The position numbers and the translations under genes were made by a program. The notes under the pieces are model-generated. The model was given only the letters and a program-made list of their open reading frames with translations, had not been told where the DNA came from and did no database searches. Positions 36,095 through 48,856 of a stretch of DNA of 64,000 bases are shown here, in pieces (position 1 is the stretch's first letter; every line of letters begins with the position of its first letter). Source of the DNA: Lama glama (lineage: Eukaryota); assembly GCA_028534125.1 (NCBI GenBank), contig CM052816.1:71116001-71180000 (forward strand). Direction: 5' to 3'.

Positions 36095-37826
36095 ATGTGG
36101 GTAAATAATAAAAAAGTATTACAGAAAATTGGGTTAGATGCTCCAATGACTCCAGATAATCTGGTAATATTTGGTGAGACACTAGAAGCCCACTAATTAT
36201 AATGTTTTGTTGTTATTGTTCTTGTTTTCTAGAGTGCTTAGTGTGTTAAAAGTGAGTACATTTTCCCATAGTCTTTTTAGTCTTAGTTTCACTAAACTAT
36301 AAACATTTCACTATCCTTCTAAAAATATTCAGATTTATCTACCACTTTGAGTACATTAAGAGGAAATATAAATATTCTGTCAAGAAAGAATGGATCACTG
36401 CTAGTCTAGTACTTTCCATATAGTGGGAATTTCATAAATGTTTGTTGACTATAAATGAATGACCATAATTCTTACTAGGCCTTGAAATAAGCAACATCAA
36501 TTGAATATAATGGTAAAAATTTTTTAAAAAGATAAACAGCAATCATCTTATTAAAAAGCATACAGAAAATGTACAGATCAAAATACTAATAAGAAAACAA
36601 GATTAAACAAGAAACTTACCCTAGAGATGTTCAAACAGGAAGAAATATGACAACTTCCTCTTCGGACAAAATAAAAAAACTCACCTTGGGATTCCCAGAA
36701 GATGTTCAGATGACATCAAATTGGTGAAGGTGAAATAAAAGAGAAAAATATTATTGCCCTAGAGTCCCAATAAATAAAGAGTGAAGGATGGCATGAGTTT
36801 AGTCTTATTGGATAATGTAAAATACCCAGCTTTCCCAGTAAGATGGAACCAGATAATAATTTCCTTCCATGAATATAATTGCCTTTAAAATAGCAGTGGT
36901 AAAATTTTATGTCTTCCAACTCTCTCTTTGGTGGAGGGGGGGAGCCGATAGGGGGAGGAGTGGGAGAGATGGGAGGAAAACAGAAAGTGGCCCAAAATTG
37001 TACTAATGAAATTCTTAAAAAAATGCTTCTTCAATAAATTTTGTGTAGAAATTACAGAAAGCTTAAATCATTCAAATAGACAATCTTAAGGAATCATTTC
37101 ATGCAACAAATATTTATCAAATGCTTAAATACACAAATGAAAATATGGTAGCATAGTTGAAAGGGCTTTGTTATTTAATTCTTCCCCTCCTTTATGTACG
37201 TAGCAACTCTGTAGCAAGTTATTTTGTACATAAGATGATTCCAGGATATCTGACAATACCTTACAAGATTGTTGTCGTAAAATCTAATTATGAGCTAACT
37301 CACTCATATATCTTTAAATAAAATGGTGATAGAAAATTTAGGCTCTGGAACTATTCAGGGATAGCTCATATCATTTTCCTGTTCACAGAGAAATATTAAA
37401 ACCATACTAAAGATAGCTAAATTTGTAGTAATACCCTGATTATTGATGAAATGGCGATGATAGTCTAATTTCCTAAGTGTGACAGTGATGGAAAAGACCG
37501 AGTGTGTGAAAAATTAATCTAGTGGGTAAGCTTCAGAGAAAAGACACATCTCTATGACACTTGTCGAATTATATTTATCAGAACAGGTAAACATGAGTGC
37601 TAAAACCACAATTCTGATTTACAGTTTGGAGGATTTGGCAAGACTATCAATGAGTGTTCAAGACTGGGCTGAAATCCATCCTTCTTTCGGTATATTCTAG
37701 GACCTGAGATAATTTATCTCTAATATGCAATTATACCTGTTATGGAAAACATGTTATAATCAAGACATATATGAATCTTGAGAAGACTTGACTGTTTTAC
37801 TTATTGTCTGAAATGATCTTTGTTGG

Positions 37827-38338
37827 TGTAGTAGGCAGAATAATGATCAGTCCTCAAACATGCCCACATCCTAATCCTTGAAACCTGTGATTATAGTACC
37901 TTACATGACAAAAGGTATTAACATCTTAGAAGTAATCAAGGTTGCTAATAAACTGACCTAAAAATAGAGAAATCATCCTGGATTATCCAGGTGGGACTAA
38001 CATAATCACAAAGGTTCTTAAAAGTGGAATAGTGAAGCCGAAGGTAGGTTGGAGAGATGCACTGTGACGATTTAATCCTTTATTGTTGGCTTTGAAGCTG
38101 GAGGAAGGAGGCCACCAGCAAGGAGTGCAGGCAGTCCACAGCAGCTAGAAAAGGCAAGGAAAGGAATTTTCCCTTAGAGAAGCCAGAAAAGAATACTGCC
38201 CTGCCAACACCTTGATCTTAGCTCAATGAAACCTGTGTTAGACTACCACCTACAGAACCATAAGTTAATACATTTAAGTTGTTTTAAGTCACTAGTAGTG
38301 TGGCAATTTGTTATAGCAGCTGTAGAAACTAATATACA
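37827..38338 (+). mobile_element. MLT1D-like MaLR solo LTR
   Basis: TG...CA ends (tgtagtaggcagaataatg ... gaaactaatataca); atcctggattatccaggtggg; ggcaatttgttatagcagc. Confidence 0.9.
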
Positions 38339-38879
38339 GCATTTTTATATCCAGTAAATAGGTCATCATTGACTCAATTATATATATGGATTTAAAGCTA
38401 TTTGTACATCCATAGCACATTTTCAGGCCAATTTCTCTACCCCTTACCACCCGGGAATGTGCAAGTAATTGCAAATAAATTTGATGAGAGTGTAAACAAA
38501 ACTTTATTATGGAAAGAAATATCTGTAAATATATTTCAAATCAAACATCAGTGAGAATGGAATTTTCTACTATGAAGGACCATTTGAAAATCTTTTGTTT
38601 CAGTGTGATGGCAAATGTTGTGAAAAGTAATAAATAGTTTATATTCTAAGTTTTTCCTCTGATTTATAAGAGACAAGTTCATTATAGAATATTTGAAAGT
38701 GCACATATAAATATACACAGACACATATACATACATAAACAAATAAATATATAGATGGGTCTAGATTTACAAGTCTATAGATGAACAAACATAACTTTTT
38801 TGTATTTCTTCTATGCATTCTGCTGAGGCATGTATATGCAAGTTTGCTTTATTCTGGAATTTTAATTAATGTATTCTAG

Positions 38880-39180
38880 ATGTATTTCATAATATACCTT
38901 TTAATAGCCATTCTGCATTACATATTTAACTGCTGCTCAATTGATGCAAATTTACTTTTCTTATATTTGTTATTACAAAGAGTGCTTAAGTGAACATTGC
39001 ATTACATATATTTGGCATATTGAGAAATAAATTTCTAGAGTTAAAAAAGCTGAGTTGTGGGAACATACAATTCCAATTTTGATATTCCCAAATCACCAGC
39101 CCTAAAAATAGTACACAGTAGCGTCTGTTTCTCTACACTCTCCAATACTGAATATATGTATCCATTTTCTTGAATTTATT
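38880..39180 (-). mobile_element. L1ME-like fragment
   Basis: tgttattacaaagagtgcttaagtgaacatt...taaatttctagag...tgtttctctacactctccaatactg. Confidence 0.55.
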
Positions 39181-39389
39181 AAAAACAAATGATAACTAAT
39201 TGCACACACACACACATAGAGAGTCAGATGTCAGATTTCACATTAGAAACTGGAGACTTTATGGTGAAGCAAAGCACACAACTTTCTCTCCACTTGACTC
39301 TTACAGAATTGTGTTTGAATTTTTTTCTTAAAAAATTAGTTTATTTTTATGTTATAGTTTTGGTGAATTTTCTGTGAATTTCATAATCA

Positions 39390-39920
39390 ATCCTTGAGGA
39401 GGTGGCATTAGATCTGAGAAATGAAGGATAACGATGTACAATCTATGGGACGATCTGGGAAAAGGTCAGGCCAGCAGAAGAAAGCACAATACAGGAGGTC
39501 TCTGCCTTCTTGTTTCTCACATTACATAAGGATGCAGGCAGACAGTAAAATGATGAATAAAGAAGTGAAGAAAGGGGAAAAAAGAGAGATCGACACTTGG
39601 ATTGTATTAGGAAAGAATTGGGAAGCTTCTCATGGGAGATTAGACAGTGGTGAATAATATGATGTTGAGAAAAGTCTTCTTTGAAGAAAAATGGCATTTA
39701 AGCTGAGACCTAAAAAGTGAAAAATTGGCAGGCACAGAAATTAGTAAAAATGAAACAGTAAATTTACTGGACCAAGGCCTGGAGGTGATAATGTGCCTGG
39801 CACTTTCTGAGAACCGGCTGGTAGGACTGCGCTGTGCTGTGTGGGGGAGCGCAGGGACCCTGCAGGGGAGATATCCAATCCTGGGACCACATTTTGAAGG
39901 GCATCTAGAACATTCTTGAA
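39390..39920 (-). mobile_element. L2 fragments
   Basis: tgaggaggtggcattagatctgag; ggcatttaagctgagacctaaa; aaggcctggaggtg...gtgcctggcac. Confidence 0.6.
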
Positions 39921-40019
39921 GAAATGGAAGTCCCTGAGTTTATTCATAGCACAGCAGTTATTTGATAGCATCTACTTCTTAAAGTGACAGCTGTGGGGAC
40001 GTAGCATGAGATGTTGGTA

Positions 40020-40755
40020 CTTTTCTCTTCCCCTGGAGCTGCAGTCCCCCAGTTGTTTTCATAGTTCACTCTGGACCTTCCTCAGATACTCACTCAAATG
40101 TCACATTCCCAGGAAGGCCACTTCCATCTACTCTATTAAAAATTGCACACCACAGTTTCTCATTCACTTTCCATATTTTTTTCCCAGTGTAATTCTTTCA
40201 ACCCTCTAAACTACATGCATTCTACATTTATTATTGTTTGTGTGTTTGCCACATTAAGTTATAGCTCCGTGAAGGCAAGAATTTTTGTCTATTCTGTTTA
40301 CTACTATGTTCCCTATATCTAGAACAATGACTGGCACATAATAAATGTCTTTGTTATGGACTGAATCTTTGTGACTCCCCCACCTTGAAATTTATATGTT
40401 GAAGTCCCACCCCTCACTTGATGGTGTTAGGAGGTGGGGCCTTTGTGGAAGTGATTAGTTGAAGTCTTAAGGGTAGAGCCCTCATGAATGAGACAAGTGC
40501 CCTTACAAGAATCAGGAGAGAGGGTGCTTCTCCTCTGCTCTCTGCCAAGGGAAGAGGCAACCAGAAGTGGGTAGTCTGAAATAGGGGAGAAGTCCTCGTG
40601 AGAACCTGACCAGGCCGGCATCCTGGTTTTGGACTTCTAGCCATGAGAATTGTAAGAAAAAAAATTTGATAAGCCACTCATTTTATGGTATTTTGTTATA
40701 GCAGCCTAAACTGACTAAAATGGACCCCAATAACTATTTCTTGAATTAATAAATG
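40020..40755 (+). mobile_element. L2a 3' end, split by an MLT1A0 LTR
   Basis: ctcaaatgtcac...agctccgtgaaggcaag...tctagaacaatgactggcacataataa | LTR | caataactatttcttgaattaataaatg. Confidence 0.8.
40352..40720 (+). mobile_element. MLT1A/MLT1A0 MaLR solo LTR
   Basis: tgttatggactgaat...ggaggtggggcctttg...agagccctcatgaatg...tatggtattttgttatagcagcctaaactgactaa. Confidence 0.9.
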
Positions 40756-41799
40756 GTGTGCAAAATTCAAATCAGGAAAAATAGGATATGAGTGGTCCAT
40801 GAGAAGGATTTGACTGAACTGGATTATACACTGTCTGTAGAATCTAAGAATTTAGTCATAGATTCAGAATGAAGGAAGAAGAAATGGGTGGGATCAGGGC
40901 TAATTGCCTGACTTGTGGCTGCTAATGCATTTCATTTAAAAAGAGAGAGAGCGAGACTAAGGGAAGAAAGACTGTTGTGTCAGTCAGGCACAGTCTAGGC
41001 AAAGCATGGGAAATACTCACTACGCCGCCACTCATGTATTCTGCTCATTTTTACCTTGAAAGCATCTCCCACTGTTTCGAGAAGTTGTAGTCCAGGCATA
41101 CATTTTACATAATGTAACCATTCATATATGAGAATCCTAGGTCCAGTCTCTTAAATAGCTATTGTTAGTGTTGCTCATAATCAGAACTCTCAATGCTGGG
41201 AAAGTAATGTTACCTTCCCATCTTTTAAATCCCAATAAAGAATGCTTATTGTCGGGACGTTGTAGCGCTGAGCATTTCATGTATCATTTTTCACAGTCAG
41301 GCCTAGTGAGGGGATTTGCCTTAAAGGAAAAAGCAATCACAGACAAAAGAACTATTTTCTTTCAAGTTAAAATTCATTGTGAAAATGAGGAATTTTGCCT
41401 CAGGAGAATATGTGGATTTCCGTATTCAGTCCCATTTTAGACAGAAAATGTCCTTGTGGACTAATTACAGACATTTGCTGTAATAAGTTTGCTTTCTTGT
41501 TTTATGCAAGTTCTAAGTCATCAATTTAAACAGTGCATTTTTTTGTTAAGTAAAGTAAGGGTGTGCCTGTGGCTTACAAGAAATGACTAGTTATTATATT
41601 TACAAAATAACCAATCATTTCCACTTCTAGATCCTTTCTTACTGTCTCTTCTTATATTTCTACCATAAGACAAATGCCACACTTGAATGAAGCTCGCCGG
41701 CCCTGTTTTCCTTAGAGAGCAACACTGTGAACAGAGGGATTGGAGTTATTACTCTGGTTATGATGATTCTGATTTAAGTATCATGGACCTTCTCATACT

Positions 41800-43855
41800 G
41801 CAGTACTGTATCCAAAAACCTCCAAAGGAATGGTCCCCACCTGATCCAGTTTCCCCTATTCCTTTCAAGCATATTGACACATTCCAATACTGTCTACATT
41901 TTTGTGCATTCCCCAGACTGGCTTCTCCTTTGAGTCACCATGTTTTTTTCTTTTTCTCATATAAACACTGTCAATATCTTAAATGCCTTAACACTGAATA
42001 TCCCTTTCTTCTTGGTCTTTTTTTTTTAATTGAAATATAGTTGATTTACAATATTGTATTCATTTCTGGTATATAGAATAATGATTCAGTTGTACATATA
42101 TATTCCTTTTCATATTCTTTTTCATTATAGGCTATGATAAGGTATTGAACATAGATTTCAACCTTGTCTTTAACTCCTCTGTCAGTCCAAGAGAGTCATA
42201 CATTTCAATAAGTACGTCTTTGGGTTTGCCACATATTCACCATTCTCTTCGATCTTTATTACTCTTTCCAGCCCACCCTGCCCTTTCATTCTAAATTCAA
42301 TTTCATTTTGACCAAAATTCATCCTTTAGTAGTCTGTTAGGCAAGAGTTACTAAGTAGTGAACTTTCTCAGTCTCTGCCTGTTTGACAATGTAATTGTTT
42401 TACTCATCATTAAATAATACTGTTTCTGGGTATATAATCCTAGCTTGAAGGTTATTTCTTTGCTGTATTTTAAAGATATTATAATACAATTGTCTCTAAT
42501 ATCCATAGTTGCTAACAAGAGATCTACTATCCTTCTGATTATTACTCCTTTGCAAATAATGCCTTTTCTTTCCAGTGTCTTCTTAGGAATTTCTGTTGGA
42601 TCTTTCATTTTTCAGTTTCCCTGTGCTATATCTAAATCTAAGTGTATTTTATTTTGCCATTCTGGACTTGATATATTCCTTCAAAAATTCTTCTCTATGA
42701 TCACTTTTAATATTGATTCTTCTCTGTTCTTTCTTTTCTCTTCTTCTGGAATTCATGCTCTTTATATGTTGATGCTGCTAAGACATATTTTGCAAATCAT
42801 TAATTCTCTTTTTTTGACTGGATCTTCGAGCTGTTAACTTTTAAGTTTGCCTGTCTTTTTCCTTTCTGGAAATTCTCTGTGTTTGTGTTTTCAAATCTAG
42901 TTGTTAATTTTTTACACACTATGATTCTTTTTCTGCTGTTTGAATATTTCCCCCTTTTTTTTCCTCAAAACTTTCAAATAGTTCTGCTCCTCCCTGTTCT
43001 TTCTGTATACATTATCCTGTCTGTTCCATCTGTTATCTTTCTCACGTTGCTGTCCATATCTTTTGATTAATTATTTTTCACCAAGAGTTTATTTTCAACA
43101 GAGGCAATTTTCCTTGAGGGACCCCTTGTTTATGGATAATTGGATCCTACTACTCTCATAAGTCTTTCATCTTCAATAGCACTCTCCATTATTAGTCTAA
43201 ACTCCGGGTTTCCTTGACTTGCTTTTGAACTTTAAGTTTCATTTTTTATCACCATTTTTTTCTCTCAGGAGATATTTCTTCCTCTCCTGGGACTCCAGAG
43301 ACATTTCTGGTTCAGGAACAGTTTTATGATCAGTTATTGATTTGGGCCATTTATGCCGTCATTAATATGAATTTGAAGGTTATCCCACTGGAAGATACAG
43401 GCTTAGGTTTCTGATTCCCATCCATTGCTCCAGATGGACATTCAAGAACTTCCTTAAACTGATCAGTAGAGATATTTTAGTCCTTGCTTTTTTGTTGGAC
43501 AAGCCTTCCAGCACATGGCTCTATGCACATAGTGAAGTTCCAGCTTCTTGTCTCTCAAAGAGATAGCCCTCATCTCAGTTTTCACATGGGCTTCAAGATT
43601 CGAGCTCCTAAAGCACTGAAGTCCAAGTATTTGTCCAGTGTGTTATGAATTGTTTGGCTTCAGCCCTAATTCCTACATCAAATTCAATTTTGGTCTTTTA
43701 CTTCTGTTCCTAGGATAGTCCCTATTTTGTTTTTGAATTCAGTGTTATATTCAATTTCATTGTTATGTACCCTTTAGTATTTCTATGCATTTATTGGGTC
43801 AGGAAATGTTAGGAGATCTGCACTACCTCACTCTCATGAATTTACCAGAAGTCCC
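41800..43855 (-). mobile_element. HAL1/L1M-type element: 5'UTR plus ORF1 relic
   Basis: ORF 42351..42608 (KGVIIRRIVDLLLATMDIR...RQRLRKFTT) resembles the L1 ORF1p C-terminal domain (YKGKPIRLTADFS...KQMLRDFVTT). 5' end signature agtatttctatgcatt...ccagaagtc; no recognisable ORF2 follows. Confidence 0.65.
42018..42156 (-). mobile_element. Short artiodactyl-type L1 3' end inserted in the HAL1-like element
   Basis: polyT followed by aattgaaatatagttgatttacaatattg...cttttcatattctttttcattatagg; possible degenerate TSD cttg(g)tcttt. Confidence 0.8.
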
Positions 43856-45859
43856 CTATTGTTTCCTGTTGGCTCCTTTCCTGTTCCCTTGAATGTGTTG
43901 TCCACCCTTATTACTAATATCCTGAGTGATCCTGAGATCACCTTTACCTGAATCATATCATCACTTATGAGTCCTCTCTGTTTAATGCTACTATTTCTTA
44001 TTCATCTGATTTAAGATTTTTCTGGATTTACAAATGCCTTAAACTTTATGATTTTATCACCATTTCAATACGACAGAAACAGAATTAACTTTATTCCAAA
44101 TTTCCTCATTCTCCATTCTCCCTGTTTCTGGATGTGATGTTTCCACACTGCGAAATTCGTGCATAATTTTAATTATTTTGGCTATGTGCTGATGGTAAAC
44201 AACAACCCAGTGTTCCTGCATTTTAGGCTGCATCCTCCCTCACACAGTCTTTTTACAATTATACTTTCTTTCTCAACACCAAAAAATTAAAATCTTTACC
44301 TGCTGCATGAGCTCTCTTTTTCATACATTTGAACCTTCTCTCCTCACCCAGTCACTTTAAGTTCAACATTCTTGAGACCTGCTTTATTTGCATTTCTGAC
44401 TTTTAGTGCCTAATTTCCCTTTCTGTACAGCATAATGCCTGTATCCTTCCTGCAGAGTATATTAAGTCTGTTTTCTGTATGTATGAAGATTGATGCTGAT
44501 GGAATTGGGCTTATCTGGTCCATATATGTATCTATAGCACTTTGGGGAGAGTTTCCTTGAATCTAGATGGAAAATTTGGTTATGGATTATGATCTATAAT
44601 GAGAAATCCAGGCACAAGTAGGGGTACTGATTTTAAAATCCTTTCCAGAAAAATTGTGAGGAGGCAACAGTCCCTAGAAAGTAAAAGCAAGAAACAGGAG
44701 CGTACCATATCTGAAGAGACTCTGGTTTATTTCTGTAACGTTGATCTTATCCCACGCCACTTTGCGTTTGGATTAGTAAGCTTCCTAAAATTAGAAACGT
44801 CACACTGAGTATCTATTAACTTATTTAAAAAACTCCCTTATATATAGTTATTCTTACAGAAGATATTGTTTGCCTCCAATAATGCCTGTAAAGTACTGTC
44901 GGAGTTCTTTGTTAAATTAGAAATAACTTCTAGCTTTCTCCACACTGGGCGCTCAACATATGTATGTTCTCTTTTCTGACAAAGTGTGAACATTGGAAAG
45001 TTACTACACTATTTTATTGGAAAGATAATCCTCTGGTTTCAATAAAGATAAAAATAGATAACCCCTTGGGCAGAAACCTGATTGTCCCCAGAAGTGCCAT
45101 AGATAATGCTATCAACTCGCCTTCTCCCAAAGGCAACAGCTGGAGGATGTGTCTTTTAGCTGTGTTACATTTGACATATTTCTTGGCTTGTTTTGACTCA
45201 ATTTGTTTCAGAATTCATTGCCAATTTACTGGCACTGGCACAAAAACACTCAAATAATTGTCATTTAGCAATCATAGTTACTTTCTTTCTTTCCAAGATT
45301 TATATAAATTATTAAGGTAAGTTGATAATAGATTTAGATGATTTTTTTTTAGTTTGAACAAGTATATATACTTGTTTTATTTTTTCATTCCAAGAAGCAT
45401 TTCATTATAATTACTTTGTACAAGCCACTGTGAGAGGCTAATTGAAGAAGATACAGAAGGAGTAAACTGAAAAAACAAAGGTTTGTTTTTTTTTCAAGAA
45501 GTTCCTTGTTAAGAGTTTTGTATATATTTAAAATAAAAACATTGAAATGACTCATGCTAGGAAGAAAATAGCTTGTCTGTTGGTGTAGAAAGTACCGTCC
45601 ATATGGTTAATGTTGCACAACAACACTGCCTAGAGGATGTTTACTATTTGGGAAACACTGTGCCCAGTGTTTTCAGTAGATTGTAAAATTTGATTCCTAT
45701 GCCATATTCATGTGTATTCCCTTACCACACCCACAAGGAAGCTGAGACATGAAGTTAACTCATTCGCATGAGGCTAAGTGACAAAATACTTTGCCACTCA
45801 TTGGAGGCTCTATCTCTAATGTCTGATTAAAGAAATAAATTATCTTGGCTACAATGCCT

Positions 45860-46075
45860 GTCAGGTTTGTCGGCCAGCTCTGACTCTCACTGAACATATA
45901 ACTTAGGGAAGTCTCTAGACTTGTATTTGCCTCAGTTTTTCCATCTACATACAAAAGGAGATCATCATCCTACTTCATGGGGTTCTTGAAAAATCAAGTG
46001 AATCACATAAACCGAACAGCTTACCTATAGTAAATGTCTAGTAAGTTTTAGTCATTGTTAATTTTTATTTACTAC
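45860..46075 (+). mobile_element. MIR SINE
   Basis: Core gcctcagtttttccatct...cctacttcatggggttcttg; tail agtaaatgtctagtaag...tattactactac. Confidence 0.75.
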
Positions 46076-46284
46076 TACCCCTATTAATATTTACCAAGAC
46101 AAATTTGATGTACAATAGGTTTAATTTTAGGGGAACTTTCAGACAAATAATGCTGTACATTGATAGGATTAGCTGCTGTGAAATGTCCTAAGCTGCTTAT
46201 CACTAGACTTACCATTATGCTTCTTATCACTAACTTTTCATAAGACTATAATTTTATTGGGTGGGTGTTGAGGAAGTATTGAGA

Positions 46285-46980
46285 CATTCATTTACTTGCT
46301 CACAAGGAACATTTCATGAGTTTCCTTATGTGCTAGTTACTAGAAATAAATGCTGTAAGAAAAAAATGACAAGACACAGACCATATGTTCAAGATGCTTA
46401 CTGTCTACTAGGGGTGAGCAAAAAGAAACAGGCGGGTAGACTATGATGGGGATATGCATCATGCTAAGGGTTATACTCATGGCTGTATTCCAGAATGGAA
46501 GAATTAGATAGGCAGGGATGTTGTCTTGTTCACTACTGAGCCCCTTGTGCTTCGAAAAGTACCTTGCTTGTGGCAGGTGCTCAATAAACTTGACAAAGAA
46601 TGAGTGCTCTCTAAGAGATGCTAAGCCAAACAAAGGGATCAGGAGAGGCTTTTTAACAGGGGTGACAAATAGCAGTTAGATCAAGAGAAGGATGAAAGTT
46701 ATCCCAGAAAGTGTGTATCAATTGTAGAAAATCTTAAAATCAAGTAGTTTCCAGAAAGTGTAAGTAGTTCACCATGGTGGAAGCTTAGCTCTAAAGGGGA
46801 AGAATAAAAGGAGAAAAAGGAGATCTTGAGGAACCTTGCACACCCTGATAAGGAGTCTGTGGCTCAATGGGGAAATATGCAAGCTTGTCCGCAGCAAAGT
46901 GATAGAATTAGATTTGCCTGTGAGAAAAAGTAGCATAGCCATAGTGTGGAGAGTGATTGAGGTGGACAAGAGGAGAAATG
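46285..46980 (-). mobile_element. L2 fragment containing an opposite-strand L2 3' end (~46505-46605)
   Basis: cattcatttac...atgagtttccttatgtgc (antisense); inner ggcagggatgttgtcttgttcact...caggtgctcaataaa (sense). Confidence 0.6.
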
Positions 46981-48856
46981 GAAGGAAATGATAAATTAAA
47001 TATACATTTTTCCCTAGCCTTCATATAGATATGATCATTTGAGATATTTTTGGATTAAATCTTAATGTTTCATTAGGAAGCCTCTTAGTCTTTGCAGTGT
47101 CTAGCTGAGAATAATGTTAGAAGCAGACATGTATAAATAGAAGGTAAAAATTACTCTGCTAAGGCTTATTTCTGTCAATACATGATCTAAAACACAGCTA
47201 TGGGATTTCATAGTCTGAGAAGCATTAAATATTTAATTAGAAAAAAGAAATAGACACTTGCTATTGAAAAGCAACACTTAAACCACACCCTTTACGAATT
47301 CACTTTAAAAACTCTTCTGATTACTACTTATTACAGAAATTGAACTGAGTTGAAAATTTTGGATATAAGTTTCTGAAAGCAAAACGCTTTCCATTTTAGT
47401 AGCAAACAGCTGAATTTCACAGGGATTTTACTTTTTCAAACAATTGCAACTTTAATGACTAAGAATTGTTCACAGTTTCATAAAATTAAATCTCTATTTT
47501 GAACTCATTTGGAACCTGGGTCCCTCTTTAATCAATTTTAAAATAGAAAGCTTTGTGTGATGGATTTTATGCATCACTCAATATACAGCATATAATCGCC
47601 CTTGTATTTTGATTTAATCTTTGACATCTAAAAGTTTTAGTCGATTGAGATGTTTCCAGTCTGTTAAAAGAGAAAAAGACGTTTTGATGCTTCTATTTTT
47701 AATATCCTTGCTTCTAAAGCTCTATTTCCCAAATTAAGGGGTTTCCAAATATTACTAAAGAGAATGAAGAGAGCTACAATTTCAGTCTGACTGGAGTAGG
47801 TTCACACAACATCTTTTTTCTGGGCAATAACATTCTTGTTAATATATCTGCTTCCTGTTGTCACTCCAAATCTGAAAAAGGAATTTGAAACGTGTATAAG
47901 GCATACTCTTCTCTATATTACTTTGTCCTAGCAGCAACCAGCATGAAACCTGAAGAAGTATAACTGCTTTCTTCTGGGTAATATATTTGTAAGTAACACG
48001 TACCCAGTAATTTGTCCTTATCTCAACATTATATAGTGATCACAGAACATATAAGAAAATGAAAATGTGCATTTTCAAATTGTGCACAGACATTGAGTAC
48101 TCTCGTTGGATGATCTTACAGTCTAGGAATTGTGGAAATTTCTCAGGACACCAAAGGATTATCACATTCTAGAAAACTTCATAGAGTTATACAGTGCAAC
48201 CTCATATGCACAATATGCATTCATGCCCTTGCTGAATTAACTGTATTTGTATATCATTAAGGAAAAGAAAACTTCTAAGTTATCTATTTCATACTTCATC
48301 ATATCATTACTACCTTCCCTGAAGAGAAAAAATAATTCTACTGGTTGAAATCCAGCATACCTCATAAGTAACTTCACGAATCTACTTTCAAGGAAGTTGA
48401 AAATAGGTTTTCCTGAATGGTCATGGTAAAATGAGAGTGAGATGATAAATATAATAAGGACCTAGTAGAGTTTGCAAAAGTCTTGGATTTGTTTTAAAAG
48501 GAAATTTTACATTTTATTTTAGTCATTATTGATAAAAGGTATGTATACTTCAGTAAAAATCACAGTTGCAGTACTTCTCAAATATTCTTATTCTTTCATA
48601 ATTTTGAACATTTATCCAGGTATTCTGGGTAATATATGTAGCTATAATTCAATCAGTTTTAAAAGTTGTACAGAATTACATTGAAATAACATGCCACAGC
48701 TTATTCTAGGTTGATATCTTTTTAGCATTCTAAAGACTTTGTTCTTTAGAATATGTAATTTTTTTCTGATTAAAAAAATCAGCTGTCATTCTTATTTGGT
48801 CCTCTATATATAATGTAAGTTTTTTTTTATTTCCTGTTCCTTTTTTTCCTCTGTGA

